Of a stretch of DNA of 64,000 nt, positions 37,496-46,329 are shown in pieces; the stretch's first letter is position 1, and every line of letters begins with the position of its first letter. Under the pieces are notes generated by a model. That model was not told the DNA's origin. It worked only from the letters and a program-made list of their open reading frames with translations, and ran no database searches. Origin of the DNA: Escherichia phage TH12. The stretch lies in the sequence record MT446390.1. The stretch is one strand, 5' to 3'. A program made the translations under genes and the position numbers.

Positions 37496-37881
37496 TGCAC
37501 CGTGTAGAAAACATGCTTAATCTTTGTTTTGATGTCGATGATTGTATAACAGAGTGGAATAACAATCGTGATTACGTGAACTTCAAACCAGACGTCGAAA
37601 TGGTGTCTGCCATTAATGCCCTGTATGATGCAGGGCATACCATAACGCTTTACACTGCTCGTGGTATGAAGTCAGTAGGTCCTGGTCGTATAGCAATTGA
37701 CATTCTCCCAAGTCTGATTCAGAACTTGGCAAACATTGGCTTGAAGTACCATAATTTGCTAACACATAAACCAGTATATGATTGGATTATCGACGACAAA
37801 GCTATGCGTCCTGACGAATTCAAAGCTCTTATGAATAAAGGCGAATTCGAAACATTTAAATCGTATAAACCGAATCTATAA
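37495..37881 (+). CDS. HAD-superfamily phosphatase-like protein
   Basis: Motif I FDVDDCIT near N-terminus; TAATG overlap with upstream stop; 128 aa. Confidence 0.65.
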   Translation: MHRVENMLNLCFDVDDCITEWNNNRDYVNFKPDVEMVSAINALYDAGHTITLYTARGMKSVGPGRIAIDILPSLIQNLANIGLKYHNLLTHKPVYDWIIDDKAMRPDEFKALMNKGEFETFKSYKPNL

Positions 37882-37939
37882 TAATTTAAGTAAGACCTGC
37901 AAAAAAACCATCGCATCAATTAACGCGAGATGCAAAAAA

Positions 37940-39100
37940 ATGAATACTTTTAAAATCGGAACGAATTTTGATTTAGCTCTTCTTGATAAAATCGTAGAGC
38001 TCAATAAAACCTATCCTAATAGCTTGATAAACGAAGTATATGGCTCTACAAGAGAAATGGCTTTTGTAGCAGCCAGACCTGATTTTAGGCTTCCTGACGT
38101 TGACAAAAAGATGTTAGAAGACTACGTTAAACGTTGTAACGAATTAGGTATTTGCTTTAACTATACACTCAACACGATAAATCCTGGTTCAAAAAGAGAA
38201 CTAGTTGAGTGGAAGAAGAAAGCTATTCAGGATTATGTTCAGTATCTTTGGTCAATAGGCGTATGGCGTATTACTATCGCTAACCCTGTTGTTATGGAAA
38301 TTGTTCGTGAAGTCAATAAAGATATTGAGATTGAAGTTTCAACAATTCTACATGTCGATGCGGTAACTCAAATCAAATACTTACATGACCAATATAACAT
38401 CAAAAAGGTCTGTTGCGGAATTCATAAGAACCGTTCAGTTTCTTTCCTGAAGCGTGCAGCAGAGTTTTGCAATAAGAACAATATAATATTTGAAGTTCTT
38501 GTAAATGAGTTCTGTTCTAATGCTGGTAAAGGGTATACAACACATTGTAGTTATCGTGACTCTTGCTATATTTTCCATAGTACTGATGTTACAGCTGATG
38601 ATGCTAAATCCTTAAATGGATATCCAATGCAACACTGCATTAAAGCTCGTGATACAGACCCATTTAACTGGTTGAGAACTCGTTTTGTTCGTCCTCAAGA
38701 TTTGAAACTTTATAATGATATTGGTATCACTCAATTCAAAGTTTCAGGACGTACAGGTAGCACAGACTACATTTTGAAAGTTCTTGAAGCATACGCTTCT
38801 GAAAAGTTTGAAGGTAATTTGTTAGAACTGTGGAAGCCTTTAGAGACTATTTTCACTCTTGAAAATGAGACTGAGTTTTCACATACAGTAAATATTGAAA
38901 CCTCTTTGTTAGATGGCTTTTTAGAAAAAAGGTGGTTCAGACATCCAGATTTTGATTGTGCTAATGAAATCTGTGGGTCAACGTGTACATATTGTGAAAG
39001 GTATTATAAACGTCAATTATCTAAAAACGGGTTAGCAGAAAACTCCATATCTATTATTGATATAACTAACTCTGATGACGCTTTGAGGTACCCGGAATGA
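37940..39100 (+). CDS. Cys-rich enzyme, tentatively peptidase-U32-like (Fe-S?)
   Basis: 386 aa; Cys clusters VCCG, EFCSNAGKGYTTHCSYRDSCY, DCANEICGSTCTYC; family call is weak by-eye resemblance only. Confidence 0.6.
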   Translation: MNTFKIGTNFDLALLDKIVELNKTYPNSLINEVYGSTREMAFVAARPDFRLPDVDKKMLEDYVKRCNELGICFNYTLNTINPGSKRELVEWKKKAIQDYVQYLWSIGVWRITIANPVVMEIVREVNKDIEIEVSTILHVDAVTQIKYLHDQYNIKKVCCGIHKNRSVSFLKRAAEFCNKNNIIFEVLVNEFCSNAGKGYTTHCSYRDSCYIFHSTDVTADDAKSLNGYPMQHCIKARDTDPFNWLRTRFVRPQDLKLYNDIGITQFKVSGRTGSTDYILKVLEAYASEKFEGNLLELWKPLETIFTLENETEFSHTVNIETSLLDGFLEKRWFRHPDFDCANEICGSTCTYCERYYKRQLSKNGLAENSISIIDITNSDDALRYPE

Positions 39101-39336
39101 TTTCTAGAAAAAGTTTTAATTATAAACTTAACGAAGAGATTTTGACTATGAAACTGAACACTAACGAACAAATTCTTAAAAAGGCCCTTATGGGCCTGTT
39201 TGAAACCAAAGCGGCTAAAGTGATTAAAGAACCTGTTCAATTGGAATACTACACTGATGCATTCCTTCATAGTGTTCTTGGAAGTATAGATTCTGAAGCT
39301 TTACGTTATATCAACATTGTCAAGAAATTCAAATAA
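39097..39336 (+). CDS. Hypothetical protein (79 aa)
   Basis: ATGA overlap; GAGGT upstream. Confidence 0.5.
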   Translation: MISRKSFNYKLNEEILTMKLNTNEQILKKALMGLFETKAAKVIKEPVQLEYYTDAFLHSVLGSIDSEALRYINIVKKFK

Positions 39337-39378
39337 GCTTTATGAATTGAGTATATAATAAATTGTATTGAGGTAAAT

Positions 39379-40095
39379 ATGGGAAAACATAACACAATGA
39401 AATATATCAAAGCCGCAGATTTTCAAACCGCATTTAAAGCAGTCAATCGTGAAATTTTAGAAAACCCCGAATTCGTAACTGATTCTCGTATTGGACGTTG
39501 TAATGAAATTGGGTCTATGACAGTAGTTGTTGACACTCCATCATCATTCAAAATGACCGACCCACGTATTAACCGCATCTCTTATGAATATGCCGAAGAC
39601 TTCTGGAAGTTTATGATTTCTGGTGGTACCAACGCAGAAGAAGCGTTTAAGGCATATCCTAATGTCGCTAAATTTATTTCTAAACCAAAATCAGATGTTT
39701 TGCCGGCGAACTTCAACACTTTCTATGGTCCTCGCATTGCGGCCCAATTACCAACTCTTCTAAAAGAACTTAAAGAAAAACCTAACTCTCGAAGAGTTGT
39801 GTTCCAAATTCTAGAAAGTTCTGATCAGGCTTTGCTTGATTCGGACGAAACACTTGAATATCCATGTACTGACTCAGTAACTTATTATATTCGTGATGGT
39901 AAGCTTTATACCCACTGTCATATGCGTTCTCAGAACTGTGCTGTTGTTATGCAGTTGGATTTTTATCTCCAAGGAAAATTACTTCATTATATCGCTAACG
40001 AATGTGGTGTAGAAGTTGGTGATTATACTCATACCATGGTAAGTGCCCATGTGTTTGAACGTGATTTTGATTATGTTAAAGGATTCCTTGACTAA
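39379..40095 (+). CDS. 42: dCMP hydroxymethylase homolog (thymidylate-synthase superfamily), divergent
   Basis: KPNSRRVVFQIL vs T4 NPDSRRGIMIY; PCTDSVTYYIRDGK...HMRSQN vs T4 MCTNTVQYLIRDKK...NMRSND; SAHVFERDF vs SLHVYSRHF; 238 aa. Confidence 0.75.
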   Translation: MGKHNTMKYIKAADFQTAFKAVNREILENPEFVTDSRIGRCNEIGSMTVVVDTPSSFKMTDPRINRISYEYAEDFWKFMISGGTNAEEAFKAYPNVAKFISKPKSDVLPANFNTFYGPRIAAQLPTLLKELKEKPNSRRVVFQILESSDQALLDSDETLEYPCTDSVTYYIRDGKLYTHCHMRSQNCAVVMQLDFYLQGKLLHYIANECGVEVGDYTHTMVSAHVFERDFDYVKGFLD

Positions 40096-40994
40096 TGGCT
40101 ATTTTCCGCGTACCAATCTTGAGTATGCGGTCTTATGAAACTGGACAGTATGCTATCCTTAAGGATGGCAACTTCCAACTTCATTTGCACCGTGCTAATC
40201 CGGGTGATGTGATTACATATCCACGTAATGCATCTGATATTAAAGAATGCGAACGTCTTTTCCCAGAATTTAAGTTTGTTCCATTATGGTATAAAGATAA
40301 CGCGTATAACACTCGTAAATATTTCTGGACTGAAAATGAATTTGTGGTTGATTCATTAATTGATTATTATGATTGTGATTTTCTAATCACAGATATCACT
40401 GGTTATGGCGGCGCTTTTGATGTGGAATTCAATTTCAATATCACTGCAGACCCTAATAAACCACGTTTTTATATTGATGAATTCTTAAAAACCGACATGT
40501 TGTCTGTTAATCGTTCACTTCAAACTACTGTGTTGAATGAACGTCAAAAAGGAGTGCTGGTTAACGCAGGTGCAGATGGTAATAAGATTATCGTAACGCA
40601 GAAAGTTATACGTCCTTCCATCATGCAGCGTCTTGTAGGTGATTTGGCTCCTATTCATCTAGATGGTATTTTTCATCCATTTCGAATTAGTGACCCATGT
40701 TATCGTTTTGAACAAGTGGTTGAATGTGCAATTCAATTAGGTCAACCGCTTTATATAACCGATCCAAATAATAGCTTCGACAGAAATAAGTATCCTGAAG
40801 AAGCGCTGATTCGAATTTTTAAACCAACTAAAACTGAGTACTATCAAATTCTTAAAGGACGTCCGAAAATTCAATATTTCGAAAATCCTGAAGAAGTATT
40901 CCATCCAGGTCTTGGTGAGTTCATCTACTTTAATGCTTTAATTTCTTCGCCGTATAATATACCTAAATACGAAGATGTCGTAATCGAGGAATAA
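40095..40994 (+). CDS. Hypothetical protein (299 aa) at the T4 beta-gt position
   Basis: TAATG overlap with 42 homolog; no family recognised. Confidence 0.6.
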   Translation: MAIFRVPILSMRSYETGQYAILKDGNFQLHLHRANPGDVITYPRNASDIKECERLFPEFKFVPLWYKDNAYNTRKYFWTENEFVVDSLIDYYDCDFLITDITGYGGAFDVEFNFNITADPNKPRFYIDEFLKTDMLSVNRSLQTTVLNERQKGVLVNAGADGNKIIVTQKVIRPSIMQRLVGDLAPIHLDGIFHPFRISDPCYRFEQVVECAIQLGQPLYITDPNNSFDRNKYPEEALIRIFKPTKTEYYQILKGRPKIQYFENPEEVFHPGLGEFIYFNALISSPYNIPKYEDVVIEE

Positions 40995-40995
40995 A

Positions 40996-41544
40996 ATGGC
41001 TAAAATTATTTTAGTAGACGGCCCAGATAATGCTGGTAAAACAACTTTCATTAATGACATAATGGAAATTAGTGAAAGATATGTAAAGATTGATTTCCCT
41101 AAACGAACAGTTGATGGACGTTTCGATGTTAAGTCTCGAAATGAAGTTGGTTGTTTCGAAACGATGTTGAATTATTTAGACCCTACTAAGATTTATCTGT
41201 TAGACCGTGGATATATTAGTAACTGGGTTTATGGACGTATTCGACAAGATGCGGACTCGGTTCTTGACGTTTATGAACAGGACTATGTTCGTCTTTGCCA
41301 AAACCATGATGTGTTCACAATTATTTTAACACGTAACGAAATGACTGAAAGTTTTGAAGACGACCTTATTACTTTGTCTTCATTCGGTTTTAATACAGTC
41401 GTTTCACATTTTGAAGAGTTTGCAATTCATAACAAAATCCAAACATATCAATTACTTAATCATGATGGTGCTAACAAAGTTATAGGATTTAATGCAAGCG
41501 AACGTAATTGTTTGATTACAGAAATCATCAAATGGGCTCGTTAA
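40996..41544 (+). CDS. P-loop kinase, thymidylate/dNMP-kinase-like
   Basis: Walker A ILVDGPDNAGKTT; LLDRGYISNWVYGR resembles Tmk DR(Y/H) region; 182 aa. Confidence 0.6.
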   Translation: MAKIILVDGPDNAGKTTFINDIMEISERYVKIDFPKRTVDGRFDVKSRNEVGCFETMLNYLDPTKIYLLDRGYISNWVYGRIRQDADSVLDVYEQDYVRLCQNHDVFTIILTRNEMTESFEDDLITLSSFGFNTVVSHFEEFAIHNKIQTYQLLNHDGANKVIGFNASERNCLITEIIKWAR

Positions 41545-41562
41545 GAGCCATTTAAAGTTTTA

Positions 41563-41589
41563 AATGCTGTATAACCCTTAGTATATAAT
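41563..41589 (+). promoter_or_regulatory. Candidate MotA-dependent middle promoter for uvsX
   Basis: aaTGCTgtA MotA-box-like 41563-41571, 12-bp gap, tataat 41584-41589. Confidence 0.45.
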
Positions 41590-41642
41590 CGTCTTATCTT
41601 TTAAACATGAGTAAAATATAATGATGCCTATGGAAAAATACA

Positions 41643-42815
41643 ATGTCTGATTTAAAATCTCGTCTGATTAAAGCTTCTACTTCTAAAATGACTGCGGACT
41701 TGACTAAGTCTAAGCTGTTTAATAATCGTGATGAAGTCCCTACTCGTATTCCGATGTTGAATATCGCACTAGGTGGTGCTCTGAATGCAGGATTGCAATC
41801 AGGCTTGACTATTTTTGCTGCACCTTCTAAACACTTTAAAACGCTGTTTGGACTAACTATGGTTGCAGCGTATATGAAGAAATATAAAGATGCAATCTGT
41901 TTGTTTTATGACTCAGAATTTGGTGCTTCAGAATCTTATTTTCGTTCAATGGGTGTTGATTTAGACCGTGTAGTTCATACTCCGATTCAATCTGTCGAAC
42001 AACTTAAAGTTGATATGACTAATCAGCTTGACGCGATTGAACGCGGTGATAAAGTTATTATCTTTATCGATTCAATCGGTAATACTGCATCTAAGAAAGA
42101 AACCGAAGATGCATTGAATGAGAAAGTCGTAGGTGATATGTCTCGTGCTAAGGCACTTAAATCTCTGTTCCGTATTGTGACTCCTTATCTGACTATTAAA
42201 GATATTCCATGTGTTGCAATCAACCATACAGCAATGGAAATCGGCGGATTGTATCCTAAAGAGATTATGGGCGGTGGTACAGGTATTCTTTATTCTGCCA
42301 ACACGGTATTTTTTATCTCTAAACGTCAGGTTAAAGAAGGTACAGAATTGACCGGTTATGACTTCACGTTGAAAGCGGAAAAATCTCGTACAGTTAAAGA
42401 GAAATCTACTTTCCCGATCACGGTTAATTTTGATGGCGGTATTGACCCATTCAGTGGCTTGTTAGAAATGGCAACTGAAATTGGTTTTGTAGTTAAGCCT
42501 AAAGCCGGGTGGTATGCTCGTGAATTCCTTGACGAAGAAACAGGCGAAATGATTCGTGAAGAGAAATCATGGCGTGCTAAAGCTACTGATTGTGTAGAAT
42601 TCTGGGGACCTTTGTTTAAACATAAGCCTTTCCGAGATGCAATTGAAACTAAATATAAACTAGGTGCTATCTCTTCTATTAAAGAAGTTGATGACGCTGT
42701 TAACGACCTTATTAATTGCAAAGCAACAACTAAAGTTCCGGTTAAAGCTTCTGATGCTCCGTCTGCAGCAGATATAGAAAACGACCTTGACGAAATGGAA
42801 GATTTCGATGAATAA
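41643..42815 (+). CDS. uvsX: RecA-like recombinase UvsX
   Basis: MSDLKSRLIKASTSKMTADLT...matches T4 UvsX N-terminus; C-terminal acidic tail; 390 aa. Confidence 0.95.
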   Translation: MSDLKSRLIKASTSKMTADLTKSKLFNNRDEVPTRIPMLNIALGGALNAGLQSGLTIFAAPSKHFKTLFGLTMVAAYMKKYKDAICLFYDSEFGASESYFRSMGVDLDRVVHTPIQSVEQLKVDMTNQLDAIERGDKVIIFIDSIGNTASKKETEDALNEKVVGDMSRAKALKSLFRIVTPYLTIKDIPCVAINHTAMEIGGLYPKEIMGGGTGILYSANTVFFISKRQVKEGTELTGYDFTLKAEKSRTVKEKSTFPITVNFDGGIDPFSGLLEMATEIGFVVKPKAGWYAREFLDEETGEMIREEKSWRAKATDCVEFWGPLFKHKPFRDAIETKYKLGAISSIKEVDDAVNDLINCKATTKVPVKASDAPSAADIENDLDEMEDFDE

Positions 42816-43149
42816 TCTCGATGATTTAAATCTAGAAATCGTTGATGAATCCCCTTCTTCGGAAGGGGAAGACATTCGCAAAGAACGAGTGTTTAATGAA
42901 TCTCTTAAAATTATCCGTTCAGCAATGGAAAATGTCATTCAAGAGATTCTGATTACACTTGAAGACGGTTCTCATCATATAGTCTATATTACAAAACTAG
43001 ACTGGGTTGATGGTAAAATCGTAATGGACTTTGCAGTTCTTGACCAGGACAGAAAAGCAGAACTTGCACCACATGTTGAAAAATGTGTTACAATGCAGGT
43101 ACAACAAGCTTTTAATGAACGAACCAAGAAAAAATTTAAATTCTTTTAA
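42808..43149 (+). CDS. Hypothetical protein, gp40-like by synteny (113 aa)
   Basis: Internal ATG overlapping uvsX stop; sits between uvsX and 41 as T4 gene 40. Confidence 0.5.
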   Translation: MNNLDDLNLEIVDESPSSEGEDIRKERVFNESLKIIRSAMENVIQEILITLEDGSHHIVYITKLDWVDGKIVMDFAVLDQDRKAELAPHVEKCVTMQVQQAFNERTKKKFKFF

Positions 43150-43158
43150 GGAGTTATC

Positions 43159-44601
43159 GTGGTAGAAATTATTTTGTCTCATCTCGTATATGACCAGGCT
43201 TATTTTTCTAAGGTCTGGCCTTATATGGATTCTGATTACTTTGAGCGTGGACCGGCAAAAAATGTCTTTAAAATTATAAAGAACCACGTTAACGAATATA
43301 ACGCAATGCCATCCATTAATGCATTAAAGGTGGCTTTAGATAACAGTTCTTTAACTGAAGCCGAATATAAAGGAACTTCAGACTTAATTGAAAAATTGGC
43401 TGATACTCCTGAAGACCACGAATGGTTGGTTAAAGAAACTGAGAAATATGTCCAGCAAAAAGCGATGTATAATGCTACATCCAAAATCATTGAGATTCAG
43501 TCTAATGCTGAACTACCTCCAGAACAACGTAACAAGAAAATGCCTGATGTAGGAGCTATTCCTGATATTATGCGTCAAGCACTTTCAATTTCGTTCGATA
43601 GTTATGTTGGACATGACTGGATGGAAGACTACGAAGCACGCTGGCTTTCTTATCTAAATAAAGCACGTAAGGTCCCGTTCAAATTAAACATTTTGAATAA
43701 AATAACCAAAGGTGGTGCAGAAACAGGTACACTAAACGTTTTAATGGCCGGTGTTAACGTCGGTAAATCTTTAGGCCTTTGTTCACTTGCTGCAGATTAT
43801 CTTCAAACAGGTCATAATGTTCTTTATATTTCCATGGAAATGGCTGAAGAAGTTTGTGCTAAGCGTATAGATGCAAACATGCTTGACGTATCACTCGATG
43901 ATATCGATGATGGTAACGTATCTTATGCTGAATATAAAGCCAAGATGGAAAAATGGCGTTCAAAAACAACATTAGGACGTTTAGTAGTTAAACAGTATCC
44001 TACTGGTGGAGCTAATGCTAATACATTCCGTGCGTTGCTTAATGAGTTAAAACTTAAGAAGAACTTTGTGCCATCTGTAATCATGGTTGATTACTTAGGT
44101 ATTTGTGGGTCTTGTCGTATCAGAGTTTACACTGAAAATAGCTACACATTAGTTAAAGCTATCGCAGAAGAACTTCGTGCATTAGCAGTAGAATCTGAAA
44201 CAGTTCTATGGACTGCAGCTCAAGTAGGACGTGCAGCATGGGATGCTTCAGACATGAACATGAGTGATATCGCAGAATCAGCAGGTTTACCAGCAACGGC
44301 AGATTTCATGTTGGCCGTAATTGAAACCGAAGAACTTGCACAAGCTGAACAACAACTTATCAAACAAATCAAATCACGATACGGTGATAAGAATAAGTGG
44401 AACAAGTTCTTGATGGGTGTACGTAAAGGCAATCAGAAATGGGTTGAGATTGAGCAAGAAGGCATGAACACACCTAACACAGTAAATGAAAACGCAGGTG
44501 CTCAGATGCGTCAGGCAGAGGTGAATCGTACGGAACGCGTAGGTAAAGCCAAAGCAACACGTGCTGACCTAGATAGCTTAGCCAATGAGTTAAAATTTTA
44601 A
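43159..44601 (+). CDS. 41: Replicative DNA helicase gp41 (DnaB-like)
   Basis: GTG start after TAAGGAG; MVEIILSHLVYDQAYFSKVWPYMDS and Walker A GVNVGKS; 480 aa. Confidence 0.95.
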   Translation: MVEIILSHLVYDQAYFSKVWPYMDSDYFERGPAKNVFKIIKNHVNEYNAMPSINALKVALDNSSLTEAEYKGTSDLIEKLADTPEDHEWLVKETEKYVQQKAMYNATSKIIEIQSNAELPPEQRNKKMPDVGAIPDIMRQALSISFDSYVGHDWMEDYEARWLSYLNKARKVPFKLNILNKITKGGAETGTLNVLMAGVNVGKSLGLCSLAADYLQTGHNVLYISMEMAEEVCAKRIDANMLDVSLDDIDDGNVSYAEYKAKMEKWRSKTTLGRLVVKQYPTGGANANTFRALLNELKLKKNFVPSVIMVDYLGICGSCRIRVYTENSYTLVKAIAEELRALAVESETVLWTAAQVGRAAWDASDMNMSDIAESAGLPATADFMLAVIETEELAQAEQQLIKQIKSRYGDKNKWNKFLMGVRKGNQKWVEIEQEGMNTPNTVNENAGAQMRQAEVNRTERVGKAKATRADLDSLANELKF

Positions 44602-44605
44602 TAAA

Positions 44606-44625
44606 AAGGAGACTTCGGTCTCCTT
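44606..44625 (+). terminator. UUCG hairpin (terminator/processing candidate)
   Basis: aaggagac-ttcg-gtctcctt; short T-tract. Confidence 0.5.
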
Positions 44626-44689
44626 TCGGGGTTTACATCTTCCTCTAGGCATGATATGATGAACTTACACCAACCAAGAGGAAAACATT

Positions 44690-45064
44690 ATGAATATGTC
44701 TCAAGCAATTTTTACTGCAATCACAGAAAACACAACTGTTGAAGTAGTTTCTCCACTGGCAACCTACGTTATTCTTGCCCCTAAAACTATTGTATCTCGT
44801 ATGGAAAACATGGGCAAACGTATCGTACAAATTGTCGGAGCCGGAAATCAAAAACTTGATTATCTGCGAACCATCAAAGCTTATGAACATTTCCAACTCG
44901 AAAAAGGTTCTCCTATCCGGGTAGAACTCGTAAATGGTGATATCGTTCGAGCAATGTTCCATCATTTCTATGCATTGAATGACCCATCTAAAGCGGTTCG
45001 TTTAATTGCATACGACGCAAACCAAAACGAAATCAACGCAGATATATCTAAATTACGTTTTTAA
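44690..45064 (+). CDS. Hypothetical protein (124 aa)
   Basis: ATG after AGAGGA; early-promoter-like gtttac upstream. Confidence 0.6.
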   Translation: MNMSQAIFTAITENTTVEVVSPLATYVILAPKTIVSRMENMGKRIVQIVGAGNQKLDYLRTIKAYEHFQLEKGSPIRVELVNGDIVRAMFHHFYALNDPSKAVRLIAYDANQNEINADISKLRF

Positions 45065-45115
45065 GTTTACTTCTCCGGTAGTTGTGTTATTATAGACCTA
45101 TCAACTACTGGAGAA
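45065..45115 (+). promoter_or_regulatory. T4-type early promoter with 14-bp inverted repeat sequestering the SD
   Basis: gtttac 45065-45070, tattat 45088-45093; arms ttctccggtagttg / caactactggagaa. Confidence 0.6.
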
Positions 45116-45119
45116 CAAA

Positions 45120-45437
45120 ATGAAAACCATCGATTGTAAAGCAGAATTTAAGATTTTTTATCACGGTTCAAGTAGTTCAGCTAACATCGAAAACATGCTT
45201 TGTCCTCCTGAAGAAACAGGAGTTCTGTCTGAAACTGGACGTAAGAAAAACTTGGATCGTGTATTCTTTACTGAAGATATCGGTTTAGCAAAGATTTATG
45301 CAGGACGAGCAGCACGCTCTTATGGAGGTGAACCACGTCTCTATCGAGTAATTTCTCCGGTAGACGTAGTTCAAATGAATAATACTAAAGGTGCTACAGT
45401 TTATCACGCTGAATGGGCCTTCTGTGAGGAAATATGA
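45120..45437 (+). CDS. Hypothetical protein (105 aa)
   Basis: ATG after TGGAG. Confidence 0.6.
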   Translation: MKTIDCKAEFKIFYHGSSSSANIENMLCPPEETGVLSETGRKKNLDRVFFTEDIGLAKIYAGRAARSYGGEPRLYRVISPVDVVQMNNTKGATVYHAEWAFCEEI

Positions 45438-45625
45438 GCAAATTAACTAAAGTTACTTTTATCGGTTGGTTTAAAAGCGGCGAGATGTTCACTAAAGATA
45501 TCATGTTATCAGGTGATCGCGAAGAAATCGAGTGGGTTGCGGTACAACTTGCTGAAGTGAACAAAGCATTAGTTAAAGCATTTGTTAATGACGAGAAAGT
45601 TTTTGAAGCTGATTTCAGAGGATAA
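45434..45625 (+). CDS. dmd: Dmd (discriminator of mRNA degradation; RnlA/LsoA antitoxin)
   Basis: VTFIGWFKSGEMFTKDIML...AEVNKALVKAFVNDEKVFEADFRG matches recalled T4 Dmd; 63 aa. Confidence 0.8.
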   Translation: MSKLTKVTFIGWFKSGEMFTKDIMLSGDREEIEWVAVQLAEVNKALVKAFVNDEKVFEADFRG

Positions 45626-45626
45626 T

Positions 45627-45839
45627 ATGTATTCAACTGTGTTTAAACCATCGACATACGAATTTGCATCAACTACACAATGGAAAGCTCTTATTCTGGA
45701 AGGATGGGAACTAATGATGGACTGCGAAGCATCTGAAAAGTTTCCACACGGCAAAGTGGACTTCGTTAAATTTGCTGTACGTCCGACTAAACGACAAATT
45801 CGTCAAGAAAAACGCAAATTTCGCAAAAGTTTAAAATAG
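45627..45839 (+). CDS. Small basic protein (70 aa), paralog-like to 17072-17242
   Basis: ATG after GAGGA; C-terminal FAVRPTKRQIRQEKRKFRK. Confidence 0.5.
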   Translation: MYSTVFKPSTYEFASTTQWKALILEGWELMMDCEASEKFPHGKVDFVKFAVRPTKRQIRQEKRKFRKSLK

Positions 45840-45899
45840 CTGTTTACAAGCACTACATAATGTGTTACTATCTTTCTATCAACTACAGAGGAAATTGAA

Positions 45900-46268
45900 A
45901 TGAAAAAATTAATCACTTTAGCAATGGTATTTGGATTAACCGGATGTGGTGCCCATGGCTTTATCCCTAATAATGTTGGCCAATTGATTTATAACCCGAA
46001 TGTTAAACAGTACAACCAACCTAAAGTTGAAGTGGAAGACCCGGTTACTGTAGGTAATCGAATGATTCAAGCTGATGCCCATGCTCAACGTTATCGTGAT
46101 TCTGATACTGTAGCATTGTCAAAAGAACAACGCGTTAAAGAACATTGTCTACAGGCTACTGAAATCGCATTCATTCGCTATGTTGAAACAACTGGTAAAG
46201 AGCCTTCCCAGAAACAAATCGCGAATAACTACGTCCAGTGTATTGAACGTTTAAACAAATTTAATTAA
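45900..46268 (+). CDS. Lipoprotein (122 aa)
   Basis: Signal peptide MKKLITLAMVFGLTGC with lipobox LTGC; own early promoter. Confidence 0.65.
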   Translation: MKKLITLAMVFGLTGCGAHGFIPNNVGQLIYNPNVKQYNQPKVEVEDPVTVGNRMIQADAHAQRYRDSDTVALSKEQRVKEHCLQATEIAFIRYVETTGKEPSQKQIANNYVQCIERLNKFN

Positions 46269-46329
46269 TTGGTTTACGCCAAAGTTAAAACAAGATACTA
46301 TAAACATAACAAATCAAGAGGAAATTAAC

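Noticed and set aside
45120-45437. 105-aa ORF as a mini ADP-ribosyltransferase (H-G-S ... Y ... E pattern)
   Set aside because: Pattern is too short and degenerate to call without structure prediction; kept as hypothetical.
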